Positions 26,653-40,705 are shown, numbered from the whole stretch's first letter. The stretch: DNA of 63,147 nucleotides, filler included, from Octopus bimaculoides (GCF_001194135.2; 6 parts of 6 records of this genome joined end to end with filler, not necessarily neighbours in it); one strand, 5' to 3'. Translations and numbers: made by a program. Notes: generated from the letters alone by a model not told the origin.

Positions 26653-27616
26653 CATATATATACACATATATTACAACAAATTGTTCATATGGCAGATATA
26701 GTTCCCTCATCTTTTAAATATAAATGAGATGAGTTCTATATTGAAGGTTAAGTAAAGTACAAAAAAAAAAAGAAAAGAAAAAAGAGAAACAACAACTGAA
26801 ATGATATTTGAGATAGTATTTTGGAATGGTTAATGAAATGGGAAATATGTTTAAGAATGAGAAAGCAGTTTTAGGCTCAAAACTAAGTAAGCAATTGTGA
26901 TTAGTAACAATATCCAATAATGTGTCTTTTGGGTCATGAGAACAATACCGAAAATATTTGCCTTGATAACTTTTTTCTTTCTTCCTCACAAAAGGAAGTT
27001 GTGCCAATAAACAGAGCTATTGATCCCAGTATTTGATTTGTATTTATTTCATTAACCTTTTGAGTATAAAAAATAAAGTTAACCTACAGGGGATTTGAAC
27101 TCGAGCATAAAGTATGTAACTTATCTCATTTTGTCCAATGTTTTGCCAATGGATGATAGATTCAGTAGTGCAGCAGATATATCTTGCAGCATTTAATTAC
27201 ATATCTCTATGTAATGGATAAGAATATGTCAAAAACAAAAGGCCTGTAATAGATACAGGCCATTAACGCTCAGACTGGGCCAGATAGCAAAAAATCCATT
27301 GTCCAATGAAAAGAGATGGAATCCAAGCAAAAGAGCATTGACTATATGCAATGCGTCAGTTTGAGCTAATGAATGTACAATAAAATTTTTTATAAAAGGG
27401 ACAGGCAGTTGTTAATGGCATCAAAGCATTTATGAAATAGTTATACAGAATTGCGTACAAATATAATTAAACAGAAGTGGAGAGTTTAAGTACCTGGAGT
27501 TCATTATACATTTTATCCTTTCCAGATCGATAAAATATGAACCAGTCAAGTGGGTCAGTGCCCCTTAATTTGTGGTATTGTGCCCAGTAATCAATCATCA
27601 ATATTATTATTATTTG

Positions 27617-27830
27617 TAAGGCAGTAAGCTGGCAGACTTGTGAGCATGCCAGGCAAAATGCTTAGCAGAATTTTGTCTGTCTATACGTTCTGTATTTGAA
27701 TTCCAATGAGGTCAACTTTGGCTTTCATCCTTTTGGAGTTGATAAAATGAGTACCAGTTGAATACTGGGGTTGATGTAATCGATTTAATCCCTCTCCTGA
27801 AATTGCTGGCCTTGTGCCAAAATTTGAAAT
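27617..27830 (+). mobile_element. SINE family 2, CpG-decayed
   Basis: aaggcagtaagctggcagac...aaaatgcttagc...gaggtcaactttggctttcatccttttggagttgataaaatgagtaccag. Confidence 0.78.
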
Positions 27831-28769
27831 ATTATTTTCATTTGTGAACTGGTGGTAGAGTGACTGGTTAAATACCTTGTGTATTTAGTTCTAAGTTCAG
27901 TGTCAAAATTCAATATAATAAATTCAAGTCAAGTTTTGGGCTCAGTTTAATTGACTGTTTGTGTGTGACATTGGGCATATATTCGAAATGATCAACATCA
28001 TTTTTATATTTTTTTTTTTTTACTTTACAAGGATGAGCTTATGTTACTGCTTTCTCATTAATTTTTAAATTTGATTTTATGTTAAATTTTGTTGATGTTG
28101 TTGTTACTGTGTTACTTGTTTGAAGATATAAAGATGAATTAGAAGGAATACACTTAACACACTTATATCATGTCCTTTAAAGAAAATAGCTTGATAAGTT
28201 GATAGGCAAAAGGCAGCCATGGAAGTAAAGAAACAGCTTACAGCCAACATAAATGTGTGTGCGTATGTGTGTGTGTGTGCGTGCATGTTTGTGTGTGTGT
28301 GCATGTGTGTGTGCACGTGTATGCATGCGAGCGCATGCATGTGTGTGCATGAGTATGTTTGTGTATAATATGTCTATGTATGAGTGATATTTCTGAAGCA
28401 AAGTATGAAAGAATTCTTCATGCATTCACTCACACAAGCACATGTATATACACACATATACATACAAATGTAATGTAGAGCAAATATCCAGTCAGAGTAG
28501 ATTTAACTCTACAAAACTGTACTGGTGGTTGCTGGGAAGGAGAAAATACTCAAAAGATGTAATTTACTGACTCTTTGACCTTTGAGATGTCAGTGAGTGA
28601 AATATAGCAATAATTGGTAGACTAAAGCAGATTCCGATTTTGGAGATGAGATACACTTGCCTGGGATAGATACCTATAGAAAGAAAATGGTTGAATTTAG
28701 TTAAAAACAAAACTAACTTGAGAGTAGGCTATTTTGAGTGTACTTTCTCAGGCTGAAATGATTTAAGAC

Positions 28770-29480
28770 AATGTGTAACTTCATATCATCCTTGATCAAG
28801 CAGTCCTATGGCAAACAGGTAGTCAGCTAAATGACAAGGTACACAGATGTATCTTCTCAGGTTTGGTGAATATAAGAATAAAGTGGAGGGGCTGGTAAGG
28901 CTGAAAGGTTGAAAGAGAGTGACTTTGGAAAATGCTTTGCTATGTGTGTAGAATGGAAGCCTAGCCTTTGGGATGCAGTTTTGATAATGTTGAATACATA
29001 AGGTCATCATAAGAGATCCTCAGTGACATGAAGCTTAGCACCTGTAGGGAATCTGAGGATGTAGTGAAAGATAATTAATGTCCTTGATATACATTGTGAT
29101 TATTTCTTGGTGTTGTTGAATGAAACAAGGTTATCATGTCCATAACAGTAAATGTTTTCAAGATATCTGTTTATTAAAGCAAGGTAAGTTTGGTGTGAAG
29201 TGACTAAGTAGCATTTGAATGATGACATCTGTATGAAGATGTTAAGGATGAGTGAAGAGTGGTCTCACTTGCATGGAAGTATATAGAATTATGATAACAG
29301 AAAGTAGATAATTAACATCGAGAAATAAGAATGTGAAGTATACTTGAGTTGGTAAGGTATGGGTTAGGGAGATTCCTGTAAATTCTCTTTGCAATATAAT
29401 GTAAGTAACCTGGTAGGAAACTTCCATTGCAAGAAATGAAAAACTGATGGATCCTATAGGTAAACTACATAGTTAAAAGG
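28770..29480 (-). mobile_element. Highly decayed CR1/Jockey-like LINE RT relic
   Basis: Scattered minus-strand motifs in the expected order (SFNNTK, GLLDQ) with many stops; weak. Confidence 0.35.
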
Positions 29481-30360
29481 TTCTTATGCTTCAAATAGTC
29501 AAGAACATGTCTTTCACTAAAGATCTCAGTAGTATGAGTTAACTGTTGATATGAAATCTCTTGTGTGGGACACAGAAAAGCAAATTTCAAGTAGAGAAGG
29601 ATAAAATATCTCCCATTTCTAAGAGTTTTAGCTATTTATTGATCTCCAGCCATATCAAATGATTTATAATAGAATGCGAAGTCTCAATATTTATTCTTGA
29701 CTGGGTATTAAACCAATGAAATTAGCGACTTTGATCAATAAAATGATTTGTTGTTCACATGTCTTGATTTATCATCGAGATGCTTGTGTTATTGTTGAAA
29801 TATTTTATGTTTTTTTGGACCATTAACTTCAATAATATTTTTGCTTGCATTTGTATTTGCACTGTTTCAATTTTTGTTTGCATTTGTATTTGCACTGTTT
29901 CAAATTTAATATTGTCTAATTATCTTCTCATCAATGCCAAAAGAATTTTGTCCTAGTACACACAAGAAATGTGACTCCGTAATCCTCACTGAAAGCAACC
30001 TGTCAAACGGATCAAATGCTTGGAATTAAAACTGGTTAAGTGGGTAGACTGGGGTCCATTAGTATGACAAAACAGTTTCTCTAGTGTTGGGCATAAAATG
30101 AATAAATCAGATCCACTCTGCTAGTTGTTAAGGAAAGACATCTAGAAATATAATTGAATTAAACATGCACTACATCAAATACAGTTATTTCTCCCTCTCT
30201 CTCTCTCTCCCCTCCCTCCTCTCTCTATACATAAGGAAATGAGATGACAAAAGAATAAATGTTTATCTTATGGACTTTGTTAGCTTACAGCTGTTTCTGC
30301 TACAAGATGCAGTGAACTCATAGACAAGTGCCTGAGTAACACCTTATAGCTTCATTGGAG

Positions 30361-30403
<43 letters not shown>

Positions 30404-30419
30404 TCTGAAGCAGCTGAAC

Positions 30420-31080
30420 CATTGCTGAGAAAAGACATATTCCATTGTCGTTTTAGTATTTGCTTGTTCCGAAGGCCACAACAATTTTCAGTTTTTGCAC
30501 ATTTGTGCATTTGTTCAGATAACAATGAAATAAATAAATGCACAAAAGTGAGACATTCAGCCATACATGTACCACTACACCCAGCCAACACTATCACCCC
30601 AGAATATCAAATCAGGTTTCTCCTGTAGATGACAGAATGGGAGAGAAGACAAATGCCATAATGCAAGACATTCTGGAGAGATTGAGAGTAGCGGAACCAG
30701 TAAAAGGAAATTGATATGAGTCCGAATCATAAAAAAGGTATTGTATGATGTGACACAAATAATGTTGCAATAGGAGTCATTCTGGAAATAGTTGAGGTTG
30801 CAACATGTCTTAAGAAGGATGATTGCAATTACATCAATGTTGTGGAGACAGATGTCATGCTGAATGGCATAAATCTAGCATGGAGATGCAACTGCACACT
30901 ATTGAGATTCAAGCTGATTGAACTGTGATATGTGGGTGGGTAGGATCAGGGATCACTAGTCAGAAGAGAATATGACTGACAGAGGCCTCTCAACTCTCTC
31001 CCTTCCTCACCTGGCATCAGTTCCCCATTTGCTTCCAGACAGACCCCCAAGCTATTCCCTTCTGGTTGCCTGATATCTTT
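30420..31080 (-). mobile_element. Decayed Penelope-like GIY-YIG relic
   Basis: Minus strand gcattatggcatttgtc...gtcatctacaggagaaacc resembles the Y.I.C..C...YIGET region; weak. Confidence 0.35.
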
Positions 31081-32743
31081 GAAACCAAAATAGCTACAAG
31101 AAGCTACTCAGCTAGCAGGAATAGTCATCATTGGACATAAAAGGTTAAGAAAAGGTTGTATTTGAGAATAAATTAATGAATAAAAATTGTTGTGCATATA
31201 CGTAAATGTGTAAGTCAATGTGTGTGTGTGTGTGTGTGCATGTAAGGTACAAATAGTTGTATTAATGATAGCATTAGTTCTGTAATTAAAACAAATTTTC
31301 TAAGCATAATTAAATAAAAATTTGTAAGTATAAATAATAAAAATAGATAAATAAATAAATAAAAGTTGTTTGAACATAAATAACAATAATAATAAGAAGA
31401 ATAACAAGAACAATAACAATAATAGTAATGAGAAATATATTTATATTCAGTTAATTGTAAAATATATTTCTGTGCATTTCCATTAGTAATGCATATGAAA
31501 AAATATGTTAAAAAGAACTTTCCAGAATAACTAGCTGAAATTTGTTAAAAGATTATTATAAATAAATGGATAAAATATGGTATTAATTGAATGATGATGG
31601 AAACATGATTGTTTTACCTTCAGTTTCTTGATTCAATCAAAAAAAACAGGATTCCCTGTTCTGTAAAATGGAAGTATTGTATTTACATAACCAGGATTCT
31701 CATTTTGCATGAGCATTGGGGGTAGGATTTAATTAAAACATTAATATTCAGGAAAATAAAACTTAAAAACCTTGGTACATAATACATTAACATTGAATCT
31801 TCTTACAAAGAGTGATGAATTTATATTAGGATTTCACTAAGTAATTGAAAAAAAAGTTAATGTATACATGCATATATATATAGACATACATACACATATA
31901 TTTATACACTCATAAGCATAAACTTATATGCCTTTATATTCAAATATACATACACAATGCACTACGTGGACAGATGCACAGNNNNNNNNNNNNNNNNNNN
32001 NNNNNNNNNNNNNNNNNNNNNNNNNNNNNNNNNNNNNNNTATATATATATATATATATATATCTTACAAATCACAGCCACACATATATTCACATACTAAT
32101 TCTTAATGAGCAGAACAAGTATGAAATTTCAAATATCTATTCATGAAATATACTACAACCAAGTATAGACTGTCGTGTTCATAAGAGCAAAACCTATGCA
32201 CATATACAGATTCACATAAGTATATATACAGACATGGAAAGTCTACATATACATTAATATTTCAAATACATGACAGTAATACAAAAACATCCATTTAAAA
32301 CTAACTAAACTAATTCATGAACAAACAACTTCATTTTGTTTTCTACTGTGACATATATACTAATGACCCCACTTCAATTCCTAGTACATTTCTATCAAAA
32401 GTTCTCCAAGAATCTGTTATTCCTTGAAATATATTTACTCTGTTTTTATAAATCAACATAATAAGAACTGGTGAAGAGCTAAAATACTCCTCCGCACATT
32501 TTTTTTTATTAGCAATCTCTCATCTGTTGTCTATTTTCATCCAGGCAGACTGTAACATTTGAGAGTTAAACATCTTGAACATGGACATAATACAGCGACA
32601 ATGACAAAATCTGAACCATGCCTCATTCATCTGTTGTCCACATTCTCTCACACAAGTGACAGACAAAATAATTTTTCCTTTAAAGCAACAAATATACAAA
32701 CAGAAAAGGGGTAATAGAAGAATGTCTAAGTACTATAAATGTC

Positions 32744-33261
32744 TTACCTTTTGCTATAAAGTACCATTTCTTTGTGGACAGCCATTCTGAAAAGTGTCTT
32801 TTTGGTACCTTTATTTAACTGAAGCTTCTCCGGGTCATTGATAAACTCTTCTGTTTCTCGAATAATGCTGCCTTGCAGTGTGTTCATCTCCTTAAGCCAC
32901 TTATCTGATTCCCGACCTTTCGTACCACAACTTATATACACACGTTCATGTTCCTCAAACAAAGGTGTGCTGCGATCAACTCTCCGACGAAACCTTGGGA
33001 TACATTTAGCTGGATCTTCAGAACCAAAATTTGGGGATTTTGTGCTTGCACCAATATTAGCCCCATCGGTGAAAACAAAGGGTTTAAATATAGAGAAAAC
33101 AGGATCAGGTGTTCCGGTTAGCCAATGGCAAGAGGCTAAAGGTGAGCCAGGTGGACGGATAAAAGAAACATGTGAGCTCATTGTACGAAATACTCCTTTC
33201 ATATTAATCCCACTCGGTTCGTCTTTTAGAATGCTAATCATATCAGCAACACAGAATCGTT
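32744..33261 (-). CDS. SCRN: Secernin-family protein (SCRN2/SCRN3-like), terminal coding exon
   Basis: Translation (K)RFCVADMISILKDEPSGINMKGVFRTMSSHVSFIRPPGSPLASCHWLTGTPDPVFSIFKPFVF...DPAKCIPRFRRRVDRSTPLFEEHE...YSKR* matches the recalled vertebrate secernin C-terminus (MMEILRDKPSGINM; HFFTGTPDPERSVFKPFIF; DRRHPLY). Acceptor ttcccttttcag ends at 33262; phase 1; TAA at 32744-32746. Confidence 0.93.
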
Positions 33262-33327
33262 CTGAAAAGGGAATAATAAAGGGAAAGTATATTTATTTCT
33301 AGATCTTATTTAATTTTTTAATCTGAT

Positions 33328-33329
33328 TG

Positions 33330-33402
<73 letters not shown>
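33328..33402. repeat. Near-perfect (GAT)n tract about 70 bp into the intron next to the secernin terminal-exon acceptor
   Basis: Directly visible. Confidence 0.95.
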
Positions 33403-33405
<3 letters not shown>

Positions 33406-33538
33406 GATGATACCAAGAAACAGACAACGCACAAACACACAAATGCACACACAAACATACACACACACACAAGCACACACACTCATGCATACACAAACTT
33501 GTGCACATTCACACATTTACTTGTTAGTTCATTTTACA

Positions 33539-33793
33539 CACTGGTTCTCAACTGGGATCCATATGGCCCCTAGGGATCCATATGAGATGTTGTTGTTAAA
33601 GTTTATGTTCAATGAGTTAGTTATGCTTCTATAATACACAAAATATTTTAACAATTTATTTTATACAACTCCTAATAATATTTAATTATAAAAATACTGT
33701 AGAATTTTTTAAACATTGAATAGTTATGAGGGTCCACTCAAGTAAAATTGGAATCAAAGGGGTCCATAGACAAAAAATAGTTGAGAACCACTA
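33539..33793. mobile_element. hAT (Charlie-like) MITE, about 255 bp
   Basis: TIRs cactggttctcaac and gttgagaaccacta; decayed 8-bp flanks attttaca and ttgttaaa with central TA. Confidence 0.75.
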
Positions 33794-34759
33794 TTGTTAA
33801 ATTTTAACATCTATTTTTCCATAGTGGCATGTATTAGACAGGAAGTTACTTGAAGCAAGATTTTACAGCCTGATGCTCTTCCTGTTGCCAACCCTTACTT
33901 GCTGTTCAAATAATGGATGAGACTCTATAATAATCCAAATACCTTCAAAAGTATTGAACAACTGGTCATAATGTTAACAAAGAATGTTAACACCATCACC
34001 TTTTTGTATTACAAGTGACAAACATAGAAAACCAATTCTCATGCACATTTGCATACATTTGCACTTCCCACATATACACACAAGCATTCACACACACATA
34101 CATATACATAAATGTTTGCTTTTATGTATAGTTATATATAAACAAACATTAACTGAAATATCACTCACCATCTTTAAGCAAATTATCATATATATTTTAT
34201 TTTAACAAGGAAAAGATCAACAGTAACTTCAAAGTTTTGGTCTAATCACCTTCATGAGACTGTAAAGCACTTTTGCTTTTCCAAGCATTATTATTCACTT
34301 TTATATACTTTATGATTCATCTGGTGGATGGGGCAATGTGGCTACACACACACACACACACACACACATTCAATAGAAGTAAATTGAAGTTAAGGTTATT
34401 CAACTATAAATTTGGTCCTCATCAGTTATATATGATCCCTTTTAATTTTCCATCTTTATAGAGTGGAAATTTACAAGGTTTGTAAAATTTACAGCTTAGA
34501 ATGAATGTTCTTTTTCTTTACTATTCATATAAAGTGGTTGACACTCTACTCTATGTATCAAATATTCCCTTTTTACTTTACTTGCAAATCTAAATATGTT
34601 TGTTTGGTTTTTGCATCAGTTTATCTATGCTGGTATGCTGGAAAGAAGTCAGAAACCAATTCTGACTTCATTTCAACAAAAATCAAAAGGTACTCAACAA
34701 GTTTTTGTGATCCTAGAAGCAACCCACATTATAACTATAACAGAAAATTAATAAAAAAA

Positions 34760-35085
34760 TTTGAGTGGCGAGAAATGTGCTTCATAGCCACATGGTTTTG
34801 AGATCAGTTCCACTGCATGGCACTTTTGTAGCCTTGAGCCTTGTGAGTAGATTTGGTTGATGAAAACCGAAATATATGTGTGTGTGTGAGTGCGTGCATG
34901 TAAGTATCTTTGTGCTTGTCCTCCACAACCACTTGACAACTGGTGTTGGTTTGTTTACAACCTTCATAACTTTGTAGAGAATGAGCACCAGACTTTAAAA
35001 ATATAAAGTACTGGGGTTGATTTGTTGAACTAAAACTCATCAAGGGAGTGAGCAAGAGTCTAAAGAAGATTGAGCAACCAAGAAG
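34760..35085 (+). mobile_element. SINE family 1, decayed
   Basis: gccacatggttttgagatcagttccactgcatggcac...gagtagatttggttgatgaaaaccg...ctggggttgatttg. Confidence 0.7.
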
Positions 35086-35129
<44 letters not shown>

Positions 35130-35482
35130 CTTTTAAGCTCCATGAGGCTCCGGCAGTGGGTGGTGGTGAACTCTGCTGTATTCTTTCACCACAATTTTCT
35201 CTCACTCTTTCTTCCTGTTTCTCTTGTACCTGTATTTCAAAGGGCCAGTCTTGTCACACTCTGTGTCACACTCTGTGTCACACCCTGCGTCACACTCTGT
35301 GTCACACTCTGTGTCACACTCTGTGTCACACTGTGTCACACCCTGTGTCACACTGAATCTTCCTGAGAACTACGTTAACATGTCTGTGGAGTGCTGAGCC
35401 ACTTGCACATTAATTTCACAAGAAGGCTGTTCCGTTGAATGGATCAACAGGAACTCTCATCGTCGTAACCAACGGAGTGCCA
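35130..35482 (+). mobile_element. SINE family 3 body with an internal 12-bp minisatellite expansion
   Basis: aagctccatgaggctccggcag...; about 8 units of gtcacactctgt at 35252-35352; ends aacggagtgcca. Confidence 0.85.
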
Positions 35483-36039
35483 TGTATATATATATACATA
35501 TATACATACATACACACACACACACATATANNNNNNNNNNNNNNNNNNNNNNNNNNNNNNNNNNNNNNNNNNNNNNNNNNNNNNNNNNNNNNNNNNNNNN
35601 NNNNNNNNNNNNNNNNNNNNNNNNNNNNNNNNNNNNNNNNNNNNNNNNNNNNNNNNNNNATATATATACATATGCACACACACACACACACATACACACA
35701 CATACACATACATACATACATGCATATATGTGCACGTGCAGGAAAACATGCACATGCATACACAAACACACACACAGTGAGAGAAAGAGAGATAATTGGT
35801 ATTTCTTTCCTTTCAGCATTTCTGTATGAAAATTTCTATTAATTTTCTTGGAAAACAATTATTGCTCTAAATTACTCATTGCTTATTAAATATAATTCTC
35901 ATGTTTGTTTCATGAAAATATCATTTTCACAAGGATATCATAAATATCAAAATATTATTGCAATATTCATATTAGGAAGAAAAGAAACAATATTTTTCCA
36001 GGATGAATTATTTTACATTTTCAATTATTAGATTATTAT

Positions 36040-36385
36040 TGAATGTTGGGCCTCATGGAGGCAAAGTGGCCAAGTTCTTTTTGAGTGTTGGGCTTCACGG
36101 AAGCAATGGTCAAGACCTTTGGCATTATGTCGTGCGTGAGAAGAAGACCCATCAAGCCAAGCAAAATCCCAGTCATGGCAGATACCGGTGTCACACAAAT
36201 GGTGCCCGTGCTGGTGGCACATAAAAGCAACCATTACACTCTAAGAGTTGGTGTTAAGAAGGGCATCCAGCTGTAGAAAACCATGCCAAATCAGACTGGA
36301 TCCTGGCACAGCCTTCCAGCCTTCCAGCCCAGTCAAACCGTCCAACCTGTGTCAGCATGGACAATGGTTAAATGATGATGATGAT
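36040..36385 (+). mobile_element. RTE-related SINE copy
   Basis: Same gaagggcatccagctgtagaaaa...cagtcaaaccgtccaacc...agcatgg...aaatgatgatgatg body and tail as 22940-23252. Confidence 0.75.
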
Positions 36386-36429
36386 TATAGACAGATTGAC
36401 AGAATATTGTTATAGATAGATTTAAAGCA

Positions 36430-36565
36430 GTGAGTTGGTAGAATTGTTATGGCACTGGACAAAATGCTTAATGGCATTTTTTTCATCTCTCTATGTTCTG
36501 AGTTCAAATGCCACTAAGTTCAACTTTACCTTTCATCCTTTGTGGGCCAATGAAATAAGTATCAC
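36430..36565 (+). mobile_element. SINE family 2, decayed
   Basis: ggacaaaatgcttaatggcatt...gttctgagttcaaatgcc...acctttcatcctt. Confidence 0.65.
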
Positions 36566-36644
36566 CAAGCTCCATTGTCTGATTTGGCATAGTTTCTATG
36601 GCTGGGTCTCCTTCATAATGCCAATCACAAGTGTGTACTGGGTG

Positions 36645-36702
<58 letters not shown>

Positions 36703-36939
36703 ATATAAGTCTATTTTAAAGTTAAAGGATTAAAGCTTAGAAAATATGAGTTAAATGCAGTATTTCAGGGTAAAACGTTGTATCCACTAGCATGTTAGCC
36801 ACTTATGGCTACCAGGCATCATCAACAATACTTTGCATTCATCATTAGATCAACTTCCAGGAATTCCAGGATGGACATAGGGTATATATTAAATATTTAA
36901 CAGAGAAGACAGAGTGTACCAAAAAGCAAGGCACAACTG

Positions 36940-37035
36940 ACTTCAGCAGATTTTGAACCCAGAACATAAAGGTGGACGAAATGCCCCTAAGCATTTTTCC
37001 TTGCATGCTAACAATTCTGCCACCTCAAGGCCTTT
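36940..37035 (-). mobile_element. SINE family 2, decayed head
   Basis: gattttgaacccagaacataaaggtggacgaaatgcccctaagcattt...gctaacaattctgccacc. Confidence 0.65.
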
Positions 37036-38369
37036 ATATACACCTACTTATTAATTCTACATCAATATATATAATTCTAGTTTTGTGCTAAAATAAATCT
37101 GAGAAAATACACAGATGAAAACAATTTCAGGATTGTTAATTTTGACCTATTTGTGTCTCATTCTGCTTCAGTGCTATATGAGCAATATTAGGTTTTTTTT
37201 CCTAATCAGATAGTTTATATATTCATCAACATCCATCAATATCAGTTTGTTTGAGACGGTAGTCATCTTTCTGACATTGTCTAGATAAAGTCTAAAAATA
37301 TATTTGTATACAGAATTAATTCTTGTAATCAATGGTTTTGTTCCATATATTTTCTACCCATATATGTATAGAAAATTTATTAAATAGGTAGTTCCTATAA
37401 TATGTGTATATCTATAGAAAAGATACATGTATATCTATCTACTGGTTAACCAATTCATTTCTCAACATTAGGGTTCTGTCAATATTATTGAAATATTTCA
37501 TCATTTCTATATATAACTTATGATATTCCCCCTGAAAAGCAGTCTGAATGTATTTTTCACTATCTTTCTATGAAAGTATTTCTTGGTGATATACAATACA
37601 AATTGACTGCTTCATTCTCTAAGTCCATTTCTGGTCAATTTATCGTTCAACCACCCGTGATGTTAACAACTACTATATATTGTGTGACTAAACAAGTAAC
37701 TGTTAGTGATTCAACTGCAGCTGACAAGCTGAATAGTCACCAAAACATCTAGATATGCTGCAAGGTAACTTGCAATAGATATTTCATATTTTCTTTATGG
37801 AATCTATTTTGAGACCTGTTCTTCCTATTTGTTTAATTCTTATAGACATCAAGTCATAGAATCAATGTCCTGTTGAGATTTATTGTGTATTCTCAGTGAT
37901 TAAATATCTCTCTTAGATGAGCTAAAACTGTACTACCAAGGTTCATGTACATATCTACTACTACTACTACTGCTGCTGCTGCTCTACATTTTGGATTGAA
38001 CACTCTGTGTTTTTATAAAGATATATATATTGAATAATGTATTAAGAAATACCTATATTAAAATCGCACCCATAACAGAGTTCTACTTATTTGCAGAACC
38101 AACTATAGATAAATGGATGGAGATGAGTACAATAGTTTATATTAATTGATTGTAAATTTATCGTAAGAAACTCCTTCCAAACAATATTTCTGAATAAGAT
38201 TACGAAAAAAAAAAAAAAGAAAAAAGAAACAGCAGTACATTTCAGACCATTCAGTAATATGGAACAGCCCTGAAATATAAGTATACCTGTTACATAATCA
38301 AGTTCTTATTTTATCTTTGCTGATGATTGTACAACACTACGTGAAACCCATGAGGACAAAGTATAACAT

Positions 38370-38540
38370 CGATCATCATCATTGTTATTTAATGTCCATT
38401 TTCCATGCTGGCATGGGTTGGACAGTTTAGCAGGAGCTTATAAGGCCTGGGGCTGCACCAGGCTCCATTGTCTCTTTTGGCATGGTTTCTATGGCTGGAT
38501 GCCCTTACTAATGCCAGCCACTTTACAGAGTGTTTCCAAC
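38370..38540 (-). mobile_element. RTE-related SINE copy
   Basis: Reverse-complement tail and body: catcatcatt...tttccatgctggcatgggttggac...ctggatgccctt. Confidence 0.75.
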
Positions 38541-38914
38541 AAAACTAATATTTGTATTTATACTTGTGCCAGGTAATGAGAGATTAAACTACAATAAGGG
38601 GAACATGAACAAATATCTTGTTGAAGAGGAGATACATAGATACCCAAGCTAGAAAAAGGGAGATGGTGGTAATGAGGTGTTAGATGTACCCTCAGATTAT
38701 AGAAAGGTATATATATATATAAGTGAAGCAGAGCAATAGATTGGATAGGATGAGTGGATATTTAAATTCACAAGAGTGTGAAAGTGGTAGATGGATAGAG
38801 ATGGGGACAGATGTGATTTCAGTGAATGGTGGACACATGATGAGGCATGGTCTATAGTGAATATCAGTTTTAGAGTTAGTTTAATCATCAACCATTTGCT
38901 CATATGCAAGCTTA

Positions 38915-39056
38915 TAATAATCATCATTTAACGTCCGCTTTCCATGCTAGCATGGGTTGGACGATTTGACTGAGGACTGGTGAAACCAGATGGCAACACC
39001 AGGCTCCAATCTGATTTGGCAGAGTTTCTACAGCTGGATGCCCTTCCTAACGCCTT
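38915..39056 (-). mobile_element. RTE-related SINE copy
   Basis: catcatttaacgtccgctttccatgctagcatgggttggacg...acagctggatgcccttcctaacgcc. Confidence 0.8.
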
Positions 39057-39572
39057 ATAATGAAAAGATATACAAATTTTAACAGAGGCTTTTGTTCTTT
39101 TCACTATCTTGTACACTTTTATTTTTCCAGATATGATGATCATTTGTTGCATAGGTTTTAAGGAGTTATGTTCTATATGCAGTAATCCAAATTCAATCCT
39201 ATTTTGATCCAGATGGGTTGGTACATACCCTACCATTCCAGTAATAATAGGTATAAAGCTGTAAGTATTTATAAGTTAGTGGATTTGCTGACTCTTCAGC
39301 AATGATCCATAAAAGTCTTCACAACTGCCCTTCTGACCAAATTGATGTGAAGTTAGCAGTTGATTTCCTCAATAGAGCATGTTATTTTTTTGTGAACCTA
39401 GACATCAATTTCAAGTCTGTCTATATGTACGCATGCACACACACTTGAATGTATGTATGTATGTATGTACGTATGTATGTATGTATGTATGTATGTTACG
39501 TATGTATGTATGTATGTATGTATGTATATGTGCAGATTTGTATGTTTTACTTTATGTATGTATTCTCATACA

Positions 39573-40092
39573 TATCTAGACATGCTCATATATATTTAAA
39601 TGATAAACTTCTGGAAAGTTTTACAGATTTTTACAGTTCCAGTGATGGATTGGATCTATAGATTTTGAATCAACTTTCTTCTTTCTGGTTTTGAGAAGCT
39701 TAATTTCTCAAGATTGGTGTTCAAGCAATGTGTAACATATTCCAGGGCCCCAATAATTACAGGTATAAACTTGGTACGTATGCATACATGCATGTATTCA
39801 TTCGTGCATGTATGTATGTATGTATGTATGTATATCTAGACATGCTCATATATATTTAAATGATAAACTTCTGGAAAGTTTTACAGATTTTTACAGTTCC
39901 AGTGATGGATTGGATCTATAGATTTTGAATTAACTTTCTTCTTTCTGGTTTTGAGAAGCTTAATTTCTCAAGATTGGTGTTCAAGCAGTGTGTAACATAT
40001 CCCAGGGCCCCAATAATTACAGGTATAAACTTGGTACGTATGCATGCATGCATGTATTCATCCGTGCATGTATGTATGTATGTATGTATGTA
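39573..40092 (-). mobile_element. R4/Dong-like (RLE-type) LINE 3' end, duplicated in tandem (260-bp period)
   Basis: Minus-strand KFIPVIIGALGYVTHCLNTNLEKL...IQSITGTVKICKTF resembles the RLE C-terminal motif (VP.VIGALG). Copies start at 39573 and 39833. Confidence 0.7.
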
Positions 40093-40440
40093 TGTATGTA
40101 TATGTGCGTATTTATGTGTGTATGTATGCATGTCACTGTTTCGTTTTCCTGTCTCGTTTTCCATCCGCCACTACCCTCCACGAAAATAATTTAATTTGTG
40201 TTCATGGGAAGAACCATTTCAACGATGCGTACTGCCTTAATTCTTCAAAACGCCGGTGTTTTAATGGTGGCAGCTGATGAAGGAGATGTTTCTATGTGGC
40301 TTGCTTGTTTGTTGTACCTTGTTTATCATTTTGTCCATGTTCTTTTGCCACGTCATGTACCCAGTTATGTATCTATATGTACATGTGGATGAAGGTATGT
40401 ACATACATGTACATATATATGCATATACTCATATATTGTT

Positions 40441-40481
<41 letters not shown>

Positions 40482-40559
40482 TTTACACGTTTTATTTTTG
40501 TAATTTCTCACCAATAAAAAAAGAATTGATTTCTGACACGCACACATGCACAAACACAC

Positions 40560-40705
40560 ACACACACACAATGTTTTTCAGTTTCCGTCTATCAAATCCA
40601 TTCACAAGGCTATAGTAGAAGACACTTGCTCATGATGCCACACAGTAAGACTGAACCAGGAACCATGTGACTTGGAAGCAAACATCCTAACCACATAGCC
40701 ATGTT
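40560..40705 (-). mobile_element. SINE family 1, partial
   Basis: tttcagtttccgtctatcaaatcc...ggaaccatgtgacttggaagcaaac...accacatagcc. Confidence 0.7.

Noticed and set aside
27241-27261. 8-bp perfect hairpin ggcctgta/tacaggcc
   Set aside because: Such a hairpin is expected by chance in 63 kb, and there is no supporting context.
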